Shown here: piece by piece, positions 50,901 to 60,325 of the stretch
Position numbering within the stretch: position 1 is the stretch's first letter
Layout: every line of letters begins with the position of its first letter
Origin: Heteronotia binoei
Taxonomy: Eukaryota
Direction: 5' to 3'
Assembly: GCF_032191835.1 (NCBI RefSeq)
Contig: NC_083237.1
Span: 21,886,001-21,950,000 of the forward strand
DNA: 64,000 bases
The notes under the pieces: generated by a model
What the model was told of the DNA's origin: nothing
The model's database searches: none
The model's input: only the letters and a program-made list of their open reading frames with translations
Position numbers and translations under genes: made by a program

Positions 50901-53900
50901 CAATAACAGCCGGGCCGCGGCATTCTGCACCAGTTTAGTTTAATTAATTAATTAATGATTAAGGTAGATTCTTCTCCCTTTCTATTGCCAGCAGTGCCTT
51001 ATATAATGTCTTTGGGCCACAGCTGTGCCATCGTTTATAACAGGATGCACATTTCTGTTAAGACTAAAAACAAAGCAGGAAAAAGGGAGACACTGAACTA
51101 CAAGGTGCAGAAGCTTGGTATGCAATTAGAAATTTGTTTTGTCTGACATCTCAGGAATTGCAGTGCAGACTTCACCGTACTTATGGTGAAATTTTTATTA
51201 CATTTGCAATTTAATCTCTTTATGGGACAGGTTGGAAAACTATAGAAAATGGCTTAATTCCCAACTGGCTTGCAGAGAAATGCAGCTTATGTAAGAAAGA
51301 GCAGGTAAGTGCCTGGGTTCCCTGCTGAAGGGAACATACTAGAACAAGAGGTGGCTGTAGTGGGAGTTCTTGGTTTTCTTCCTGGCAAAAATTGGTGAGT
51401 GATGAATAGAGGAGTAAAACAGACATGAGGTAGACATTGGGAATCAAGGCTTGGGACCTGTCTTCAGTAGGTAGAATGGAATATGATCATTACACAGTTA
51501 ACTTGCTACTTTGAACTAATGGAACTTGGTAACTCTTTTTTCATATCTCCCCCACTCCCTTGCTTCTGTGGTTGGGGAGGGAAAGAGAACTCAAGGTAGC
51601 TGCAGATTTCTGTTGGAGGCCTTGCTGATTCCAGCAAAAATTCAACTGTCCCATTGTATGTATGTAAGCCAGAAATATGATCAATATCAAGCCTACAGAT
51701 TCCCAAATCTGGCTTTACAAGTTATAATAACAATCTCCTGTTGCCCAGGGTTTTTCAGAGATCCAACCAGAGCTTGTTCCAGATGCTGAAGGAAAGCTGA
51801 AGACATACAGGTGAGGGTTGAGAGTAACCATCTTGGATTAGCTGAGATTCTTTTGTCAGTTTCACCTCTTTGAGATCAAAGTATAGCCTTAGTAGACCTG
51901 ACTACTTTCCCCTCCCTTTTCCAACTGCAGAAGCCAATGGAATCTTTTCAGTAGAGAAACAGACTCAGGCCAGACTGGTTAAAGGATCTTTCAAGGACCT
52001 AAATAATGAACTGTATGTGTTAACTTGCAAATTAGTTCTGTTTCTGATGCATCTGGCTTATTAGTTGTTGGCAAACTGTCCTCTCCTCTGTTCTGTTCAG
52101 TATCAGCTTACAAATTTGCCTACCATGAGGTTTGCCAAGTAACACTTAGATATACTTCCACTTAGGCCTCAGATTCAGTGGGAGCTTACAGGAGCGCAGC
52201 TCCTGAAGCTTTCTGAGAGTTCCACCTCCTCCTGAGAGTTCCACCTCCTTGTCCATTGAATAGTATGTGCAGCTGCATAACAATCACTGGATGAGCTCCA
52301 CCACCTATTTTTCTACAAAATGACCCCTGCTTCCGCTGTATGAATATAGGAGAAACTTTATTGAACTGCTACAGGTACAAGACCCCATCCTTAGACAAGG
52401 CCTGCCAGAAGGGTACATGGATAGTATAGACACCCACTAAATAGTCCAGGAAAACGTGGGCTTTCCCCTCCCCTCCCAGGCCCCATTAATTGCTTACAGT
52501 ACAGCTTAACCCCCCCAGTAGCTCAGTAGGTCACAAGGAATGACATTGGAAAAGCAAAAACCATGGCAGAAGACATTGCATGGGTCCTGACACTTATAAA
52601 CTTTCACAGATTACATGGGAAAAGGATATCTTTTTCTGAGAGCTCATTCAAGCTTTGCTTAAAACTTTTGCCTCTTCTTTGTGGTCTCTGTGCAGTCCAC
52701 ACACTTAGGTAAAGGGCCTGAGTGTGCCCAGACTGAGAATTGTAGAGCTCTGTCAAAAGCTTTTTGGCATGCTTTCTCCCTGCCCTGGGGAGCAGGTTCA
52801 CTCTGCTCATGCCTGGAGCTGAGGGAAAAGGCACCATCCACTCAGTTCCTTTTTGGTTTTTAGTATTGCCTGAGATAGAGGCATTGCTCCCAAGACCAGT
52901 GCTGTTCCTCTCATAGCTATCAATGGTACATTCATCATGGAGCATATGGCTCTTCTATGAGCCCCTGGGGCTCCCTTGTCCATTCATCAACATAATTGAG
53001 ATCGACATCCTCTTTGCTATCATCAGCGCTCGTCCTTCTGCTCCCAGTGGGCACATTGGCTGCCTTCCTACTCTCCCTCCGTCTCTCCTCGTTGGCATCC
53101 ATGTCACTCCAGATCTTGAACCCAGTTGTCAGATCTGAGGCTTTGATCATTGCCATGCACTGACTGGTACTGACACCGCCGGCCTCTGAGGAATGATCGC
53201 TGTTCTCCCTCCTTAGACTCGGCAGTTCTTCTACATACTGATGGTTCCGTGCCTATGACTGTACATGGCAACATACCAAGACTGCCTCTTCGGCCCCACC
53301 ACCGAAATAACTCCGCAAACTTGCCGGATTTTGGATGCCCGTGCCATCCCACCATTGGGCCCTGACTACATTGCACTTACCTTTCCAGAACCAACCAACA
53401 CTGGAACTGAAGATTCCAGTTCCAAAGGGGACAAACTACTTTGCTCCCACCATCTGAAGTTTTTTTGGAGTTTATCTGACATATGGCGACTCTCCTCCAG
53501 ATATGGGTGGCTATGGATGCCCTGAAGGTCACTGGTGTGGTCCAGCCTTTCTTCCAGTGAGACCTACTGCCATCTGCCATACTTCCTATGCTACCAGTCC
53601 ATCTGGAAACCTATGAAGAAGTGTGGAATAAGCCAGCATTGGTAGCGTCAGTACTGAAATGTTATGAAGTAATCTACTGGATCCAGTCTTGAAACCCAAG
53701 GCTTATTTGTTTGGATATTTATCTCACCCTTCCCTGCAGGGCTCAGGGCAGCTCACAACAGATTAAAAATACAGATAAAACAATAAAAACATTCTGCAGT
53801 TCAATAACTTAATATACTGAGATGCCCAGGATTTTAAAAGGGCTGTTGACAAACACCCCCACAATTACTGAATAAGCTAGGTCAGCGATGGGGGTATGGA

Positions 53901-56900
53901 GCAGGGGAGTCCAGAATCCTTTACCTGTCAGCTCACTAATCACCTGGTGTGTGGCCTGCACAGAGACCATGAAGAAGATAAATAGGTTGTTTACCTGTCA
54001 CCTATGATCTTCGAGTCATCATCTGTGCAATCGTGTGTGCCCACCCAGCCTTTCCTACTGCTGGCATTTCCTTTTCACTTACCTTGAGTTTTTTTATTTA
54101 CCAGTGGTACACAGAAGGAACTGAGTGGGAGGCGAGTTTTCCCTCAGCTCTAGGTATGCATGGTTAATGCCTGCTTCCCAAAGCTGAGGGAAGGCCCACC
54201 AAAAATAAGAGAGCTCTAGAATTTTCCTGACGAAGGTCCAGTGCAGGCACAGAACCCAGTGTGCGACTGCAGAGATGACCACTTGAAGGTTACAGGCATA
54301 GGTTACAGGGAAGCAACCAGTTTTTCCCTGGGACCCTAGAAACTACTCTTTTAAGTCTGTTTCTGAATAATGTGGATTATAAATGGTGTAAATAAATTAA
54401 TAATTTTAGCATAACATTGTTTGAGCTTTACTTAGGGCCTGCAAGACCTTCCTCTTCCGACTGGCCTTCGCTGAAGAAAGAAGCTGCTAAGGATAACCGC
54501 CACCACAAAAGAACGAATAGCAATAGCACTTTTATTAATTTAATTTATTTGATTGATTTTAAACTTGTCAGAATTTTGATTGCTGGATGTAACTTTGTTT
54601 TTATATAATGCTGTTAGCCGCCCTGAGCCTGCTCCGGCGGGGAGGGCGGGATACAAATAAAAATTATCTGTCTATAAAAAAAATTATCTATAACTTAGGA
54701 TTTAGGGCAGGGGTCTCCCAGCAGATACCTCGTGAACTCCTGGTAGCTCGCCAGCTGCTGCAGAGTAGCTTGGCATCCTCTAGAAGACTTAGGAAAACAT
54801 CTGTCTAAGCTTTTATTCTTTGAAATGAATATATACACACGCACACACAATGTCATAAAAGTGAGTACACCCCCTCACATTTTGTAAATATTTAAGTTTA
54901 TCTTTTCATGTGACAACACTAAAGAAATGACACTTGGCTACAATGTAAAGTAGTGAGTCTACAGCTTGTATAACTGTGTAAATGTGCTGTCCACTCAAAG
55001 TTACGCAACACACAGGCATTAATGTCTAAACCGCTGGCAACAAAAGTGAGTACATCCCTAAGTGATAATGTCCAAATGGGGCCTGAAGTGTCAATATTTT
55101 GTGTGGGCACCATTATTTTCCAGCACTGCCTTAATGCTCTTGTGCATAGAGTTCACCAGAGCTTCACAGGTTCCCACTGGAGTCCTCTTCCACTACTCCA
55201 TGACGACGTCACGTAGCTGGTGGATGCTAGAGACCTTGCGCACCTCCACCTTCCGTTTCAGGATGCCCCACAGATGCTCAATAGGGTTTCGGTCTGGAAA
55301 CATGCTTGGCCAGTCCATCACCTTTACCCTCAGCCTCTTTCGCAAGGCAGTGGTCGTTTTGGAGGTGTGTTTGGGGTCGTTATTCATGTTGGAATACTGC
55401 CCTGCGGCCCAGTCTCTGAAGGGAAGGGATCATGCTCTGCTTTAGTATGTCACAGTACATGTTGGCATTCATGGTTCCCTCAATGAACTGTAGCTCCCCA
55501 GTGCCAGCAGTACTCATGCAGGCCCAGACCATGACATTGCTACAGAGGTTGAAGGGGTGGGGGGTCAGCCTGTCAGTGCTCAGACCATATGCCGCACGCT
55601 GCATCAAATTGATCTGCAGGGCTGTCGTCCCAGAAGGAAGTCTCTTCTAAAGATGATGCACAAGAAAGCCCGCAAACAGTTTGCTGCAGACAAGCAGACT
55701 AAGGACAGGGATTTCTGGAACCATGTCCTGTGGTCCGATGAGACCAAAATACACTTATTTGATTCAGATGGTGTCAAGCGTGTGTGGTGGCAACCAGGTG
55801 AGGAGTACAAAGACAAGTGTGTCTTGCCTACAGTCAAGCGTGGTGGGAATGTCATGGTCTGGGGCTGCAGTTCATTTAGACATTAATGGCTGTGTGTTGC
55901 ATAATTTTGAGCAGACAGCACATTTACACTGTTATACAAGCTGTAGACTCACTACTTTACATTGTAGCCAAGTGTCATTTCTTCAGTGTTGTCACATGAA
56001 AAGATATACTTAAATATTTACAAAATGTGAGGGGGTGTACTCACTTCTGTGATATGTTGAGTGTGTGTGTGCGCATATAAATTTCTCTATCTGCTGCTTA
56101 ATTGGTAGCTTCATTTCTGGTGTTTGTAGTCCATGTTTTGGTCTGCTTTGAAAGAAATTTTCTGAGTTATACGGTTCTAAGCAAACTCATGTGATTTCTG
56201 GAGTACCCTCTTCTTGAATTTGTGTAAGCAAAGATACGTTTGAACCCCTTGAGAAGCTGACTGGGCCATTTCTGCCTCTTTTGTTCCTTGTGACATGCAG
56301 AATTCACCTCCCCTGGGGAGGCTCTTTCCAGTGCTCCATTACCAAACTCAAATTTGATGTAACGGCAGCTGTGACTATCGAATATGCATATTGCTCCTGG
56401 GATCAGCACCTGAGCATAGCTGAAATGCAGACGTGGATGGTAGCTGGACCGCTGTTTGAGATCTGGGCAGATGTTGAAGAGAATGTGGCAGTTGTTTACC
56501 TTCCTCATTTTTTGTGTCTACAAGGTAAGGCAGCATTGAGAACAAAAACAGGTAGTAAGGATTGCATTTTCTCAAGCAGCCACATTTTTAGACAGATTGA
56601 CTCTGTGTGCGAGAAAAGGTTTGCCCCCTAAGTACTTGTGAAAAAGGGGATGTAGTCCCTCTAAAACATCATGTCAGATACAACCAATCATAGTTCCATT
56701 TGTTTCATCACTACTACCATCCCTGTCACACATACACCAAAAAAACTTCTGCAAGTCGTTAAAGAGATTTGCATTACTGAGGCAGATGGACAGAGATGGC
56801 CCATCCATTAGGTACACCTAGGTGGATTCCTAGGGCACCAGAGCAGGTGTGTGTGTGTGTGGGGGGGGAAGAGGCTCAAGACTACAAGGTAGCTGAAAGA

Positions 56901-57695
56901 GGAGGGAGGCATGGAAGCCAGCAGATATGGGCTCGCTTCGTCTTTATTCCTCCTGCCTCTGTACATGCAGTCTCTTGCCTGGCCGGTCATAGCCCTCTTC
57001 TCCTGAGGGAGGGAGGACGAGCAGGAGCTACCAGCTCTGCACCCACCCAGCTCCATTTGCAGTGCCTCTGCACCAGCCCAGCTCATGCCATTTGTGTGTG
57101 TGTGTGCCTGGGTTGGCTATGGTGCTAGAAACCTTTGGACTGATCCTGCAGGTGTGCTGTGACCTGGAAGGACAGATTTGAGTTAGGAACCCAGGATCTA
57201 GATTCTCTTCACCCAGCCCCCTTTCCCTTATAATGCTAGATTAGACTGCTGTCTTGGTTCATGGGAAAGAAGTCCAGACTTCTAATACATTCTAAACTTA
57301 TTTTCATAAGGTGCCAGAACAAACATTGATCTGCTCTGATTCCAATAACAAGATCATATGAAAAAACAAGGTTATAACTCTTGTTTCTTAACAATTTGTT
57401 CCTAGGTGGAGGAACAGTCGTCTCTCAGATTAAAATTGCCCATTTTGTTGGAGCAGGGTTGATCCTGGAGGAACCGGCATGGGTGTCCCAATTTTATGCT
57501 TTGCGGAAGAATCCCAAATTCTCTCTGCTGGGTGTGCTAATTAAACCACTCTACGACAGGCTCTTCAGTGTGCATGCTGTGGTGATACTTTATCAGATTT
57601 TCAAGAGCATCGCAGTACTTAATGTGGTGCCTTCCATGAAGATAGACCCAACATTTAACCTCTACTTGGTTCCCAATGATTCTTCGTTGATACAG
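38748..57695 (+). CDS. Gene B: six tandem N-terminal CARDs - CxxC linker - FIIND (spliced model; 3' end unresolved)
   Basis: Exons 38748-38996, 41159-41407, 44140-44385, 46650-46898, 47944-48198, 49505-49756, 51276-51304, 51749-51810, 56301-56524, 57406-57695 all have AG/GT ends and give one stop-free frame. Confidence 0.72.
40647..40694 (+). CDS. Candidate inter-CARD linker exon
   Basis: ctcatag|AC CCC ... AAA G|gtaatt; 48 nt, phase 1-1; PHGDSHQCIALLRDK. Confidence 0.4.
41159..41407 (+). CDS. Gene B CARD exon 2
   Basis: cttcctag|GA GGA CAT ... GAG G|gtaaaa; 249 nt; GHFLERHQKKLIEKV...KMAKLFELMPGWDRAQKDQLYQEL. Confidence 0.88.
42411..42479 (+). CDS. Candidate inter-CARD linker exon
   Basis: tttttttccag|CC AAA ... 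AAC G|gtaagg; 69 nt, phase 1-1; KAEEYERQPEVYEAYSSPFMSN. Confidence 0.55.
42650..42772 (+). CDS. Candidate inter-CARD linker exon (paralog of 42411-42479)
   Basis: tacccag|CC ATG ... AGA A|gtaagc; 123 nt, phase 1-1; upstream intron duplicates about 42340-42410 and both exons end in SPF. Confidence 0.45.
44140..44385 (+). CDS. Gene B CARD exon 3
   Basis: ttccctag|GG GAA CAT ... GAA G|gtaaat; 246 nt; EHFVERHQEELIRC...RMQKLYKLMPKWTTSQKDQM. Confidence 0.88.
46650..46898 (+). CDS. Gene B CARD exon 4
   Basis: ttttcccag|GG GGC CAT ... GAG G|gtaagt; 249 nt; GHFVDRHLEELIEQV...QKDELYQDLVETNPNVVKVLE. Confidence 0.86.
47111..47167 (+). CDS. Candidate inter-CARD linker exon
   Basis: tttctctgcag|CC AGA ... 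GCA G|gtggag; 57 nt, phase 1-1; weaker donor. Confidence 0.3.
47944..48198 (+). CDS. Gene B CARD exon 5
   Basis: ttcttgccag|AG GAA CAC ... GAA G|gtaaca; 255 nt; EHFIEKHEEEVIWR...KMRDLYKLVPKWNRKQKDHLYAVLKKTNGPLIADLE. Confidence 0.88.
48655..48944 (-). mobile_element. Sauria SINE
   Basis: aaaggtagtcccctgtgcaagcaccagtc...caagctgggtactcattttaccgac...gaaggatggaaggctgagtc is the characteristic Sauria SINE sequence in reverse orientation. Confidence 0.8.
49505..49756 (+). CDS. Gene B CARD exon 6
   Basis: cttttctcag|AG GGG CAC ... GAG A|gtaagt; 252 nt; GHFVERHKEYLMKS...EMVPSWNGEQKNNLYRAF...LIKELE. Confidence 0.86.
50320..50935 (-). mobile_element. L2 LINE 3' fragment (same family as 29330-31280)
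   Basis: ORF 50536-50889 LHWLPIIYRVRYKVLVITFKALYGLGPAYL is nearly identical to the C-terminus of the 29339 ORF. Confidence 0.9.
51276..51304 (+). CDS. Gene B CxxC micro-exon
   Basis: cttgcag|AG AAA TGC AGC TTA TGT AAG AAA GAG CAG|gtaagt; 29 nt, phase 1-0; KCSLCKKEQ. Confidence 0.65.
51749..51810 (+). CDS. Gene B pre-ZU5 exon
   Basis: ttgcccag|GGT TTT ... TAC AG|gtgagg; phase 0-2; GFSEIQPELVPDAEGKLKTYR, ending in YR like NLRP1 ..NLYR|VHF. A second acceptor (start 51759, phase 1) also keeps frame directly from CARD6. Confidence 0.78.
52930..54310. mobile_element. Degraded DIRS-like retrotransposon remnant
   Basis: Gag-like remnant LPVHLETYEEVWNKPA and terminal motifs (ttacctgtcacc..tcttcgag; gaaggttacagg) that resemble reptile DIRS ends; heavily decayed. 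Confidence 0.35.
54847..56060. mobile_element. Tc1/mariner transposon with long IR/DR terminal repeats, internally deleted and inverted
   Basis: TIRs of about 190 bp (aaaagtgagtacacccctcacattttg / caaaatgtgagggggtgtactcactt); transposase pieces NDPKH..WPS..PDRNPIEHLW on - and WSDETKI..TVK.GG.VMVWGC on +. Confidence 0.88.
56301..56524 (+). CDS. Gene B exon: FIIND ZU5 part 1
   Basis: catgcag|A ATT CAC ... CAA G|gtaagg; 224 nt, same length and phase as 3564-3787; 53 of 75 aa identical by hand count. Confidence 0.9.
57406..57695 (+). CDS. Gene B exon: ZU5/UPA junction with autoproteolysis site
   Basis: ttcctag|GT GGA ... ATA CAG|gtgaga; AHF and NPKF|SLLG retained; 36 nt longer than the gene A exon. 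Confidence 0.9.
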
Positions 57696-57869
57696 GTGAG
57701 AACCAACAAGATGGGATGCATGCCTCCCCCTATTCAGTGCTAGTAGGTAGAATGCAGGGCTTAGGCAGGTATCTATTAATGGATGACAGTCTTGCTGAGA
57801 GTTATGAATAAAATAGTGCATGGAAGTAAAACTGCTTGTGATTTTATTTTCTAACAATGGGATACAGAA

Positions 57870-58915
57870 GGGCAAAATATGTGTTCTTTAAAAACTATCA
57901 AATATTAGAATCAGATATTAAAACAGTGTTCTGGAATGAGTTCTCACTTTAAAAGAATAGGCAATAACGTTCCTAATGTTAGCAATAATCTATTAACAAT
58001 AAAAGGTTACGTCTTTAACAAAAAGATTTCTGTGCTGTTTAAACCATCCTTTAAAAATGTGGATATTATCTTAATCGTTTGTCAGATTCTAAGTCTTACT
58101 CGTAGTAAATATTTAAATGCTAATGGAATACTAAATAGTTTAAAACTGTAATCAATATCATCATCACCTTTAATATAATATTTGGATAATTTCAAAAATC
58201 TAACTGATAATAAGGGTAGTAAGATTGCCATCTCTGCTGACATTTTATCAGTGCTCAACTATTTGTATTAGTTTTGCCTTTGTTGCATACTCAGCTAGTT
58301 TTTCTTTCCAGATCTTTATTATAGGACATTCTTCTGTCTTCCATTTCATTGTAAATATTACTCTGGTAGCTATCAACATATATCTAAGAAGGTCTTGTGA
58401 AGTTCTTTCTATGTTTTGGCAGGATTCCCGATAACATAATCTCTGGTTTCATCGGGAATTTGGTTTTTAAAATATTTTGAATCTCTTTATGTATGTTTTC
58501 CAAGTATCTTTTCATCTATATGCAAGTTCACTAAATAAGATAAAAAGTGCCTTGTGCTTTGCATTTCCAGCAAGACCCTTTGTAATTCTTGTCCACCTTT
58601 TCAATATCTTTTGGAGTGACATATCATTGGTAGAATAACTTGTACCAGTTTTCTCTTAATACTTGGCTAGCAGTAAATCTAATATCTTTAGTTCATATAT
58701 TTTCTCAGCATTGAAACTGTATTTCTTCACGGAAATTTTGCATACGTTTAATCATGCCAGGTTTAACCTGTTCTTCAGAATCATATTGAAGCAGCACCTG
58801 ATAAATTTGTCCCAATAGATGATCTTTAGATTGTGAAACAATCTTTTTTTTTTAGTCTGGAAGCAATGTGAAAATATATCCAACATTGTATCTTCTTTCC
58901 TTCTTTGATCTTTTG
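57870..58915 (-). mobile_element. L1-clade LINE 3' fragment
   Basis: Reverse strand encodes the decayed ORF2 C-terminus (VTPKDIEK..CWKCK..GTFY); it interrupts intron homology with gene A. Confidence 0.75.
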
Positions 58916-59619
58916 CCGTGTCTTAGTCAGGCCTTGCCAGTCTATCATATCTCCATAGAATATAAAATTGTTTCTCATTGTGTGAGTGCCATAATAGGCA
59001 TCTATTGTGACATTATTAGTGGAATTGTGGGGCTGATGCTGTAAAACTTCTACTTGGTGCTTGAACTACAGTGATGGTCTTAGGACAAAGGCTGTGAAAA
59101 GAGCTCCTTCATCCTCTTTCCAGACCTTCTGGGTCTCACTTTGCAACTTGCCCTGAACTAACCGCTAGAATTGAGACTGCAGCATACCTGCCTGAGATCA
59201 CAGAAATGACTTATTCCATAGTCTTAAGATCCTTCTGCACATTTAAAGGCAGCAAATCTGAGTTTTCAAACAGGAGTATCCCAGGCAGGGAGCTTCAGCC
59301 TTCCTTGTCCTCTGCTGAGCAAACCTCTGAACAATATGTATGTTCTCAAATACATGTTTATCTCATTCACTCTTCACAGTTTTTCACATCTGTGCTTAAA
59401 ATGCAGCCTGCCTACTCAAAGGCTTGTCTCTTTGCAGCCAATCCCCACTGAATGTCTCTTGGTTCATTTGCGACGCAGCAGGACACAGAAAAGCTGTTGG
59501 CATGAATGTCAAATGTTCTTAAATTATTCTTTCAACGCTCTTATTTTTAGTGGGTTTCATTGTTTGCTATGGGCAAGCAACTACTTTAGAAACCCATAGT
59601 GATTACTGAAACAGATTAT

Positions 59620-59885
59620 CAAAGATTTCAGGTTTTCACGGCTGGTAACATCATTAGGGTTTGTAGAATCTTTTGGGATCAAGTGCCGTGTTCTACTGGA
59701 GAAAGTTTTCCTTCCAGACGTTTCGTTCTCAGCTGCGGAGAACATCCTCAGTGGCGTTGCAGCCGGAGCTGCTCCGGCTGCAACGCCACTGAGGATGTTC
59801 TCCGCAGCTGAGAACGAAACGTCTGGAAGGAAAACTTTCTCCAGTAGAACACGGCACTTGATCCCAAAAGATTCTACAAACCCTA
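59620..59885. mobile_element. Penelope-like retroelement insertion forming a perfect palindrome
   Basis: 115-bp arms 59655-59769 / 59771-59885 with 1-nt spacer; gacgtttcg..catcctcagtgg pLTR motif; 16-bp direct repeat TACTGAAACAGATTAT at 59604-59619 and 59884-59899. Confidence 0.75.
59786..59826 (+). ncRNA. Minimal hammerhead ribozyme motif (mirror copy 59714-59754 on -)
   Basis: CCA CUGAGGA U GUUCUC-cgcagcu-GAGAAC GAAA CG UC|UGG: intact CUGANGA and GAAA core, 6-bp helix II, 3-bp helix I, palindromic ACGU minimal helix III. Confidence 0.7.
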
Positions 59886-60325
59886 CTGAAACAGATTATT
59901 TTGCACTAAAATTTCTATCATTTTGTGAAGGGCAAGTGAAGTACTTCCATCACAGTCCAGTCTTTCTCTGTTAAAATAATCCAAATTGTCTGATTCCACC
60001 ATCTGATTAATATTCTCCTGCAGGACAAGGTGGCAGTCATATGGTCAGTAGTTCAAAGAAAATTTGTAACAGATTTCAGTCAGTTAGAGCTATACTGAGG
60101 CTTTTGGGCCTCATGGGTTTAACTAATGTGGTCCCTTTTGCACATCTGTTAATGAGACTGTTAGAAAACTGGTTTCTGCAATCTCTTGATGCCCTACATG
60201 ACTCAAAATGGAAAAGGTTATCTGTCAAGTCTGCATCTAACTCTGGCTCAGTCAGAGAGCATTCTGGGTAGAACCAAAGTATAGTCAATTGCTGCTAGCT
60301 TAAACTCTCCCTCACCCCCTCCTTT

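Noticed and set aside
53265-53525. ORF containing LFGPTTE, reminiscent of NLRP1 FWGPTG at the FIIND start
   Set aside because: No suitable splice sites, it lies in a decayed DIRS-like remnant, and 51749-51810 already supplies the YR junction in the correct phase.
59950-59990. Weak resemblance (tccagt..aaaataatccaaa) to the end of gene A's AIQD exon
   Set aside because: Short and AT-rich, with no donor and no conserved frame; likely chance.
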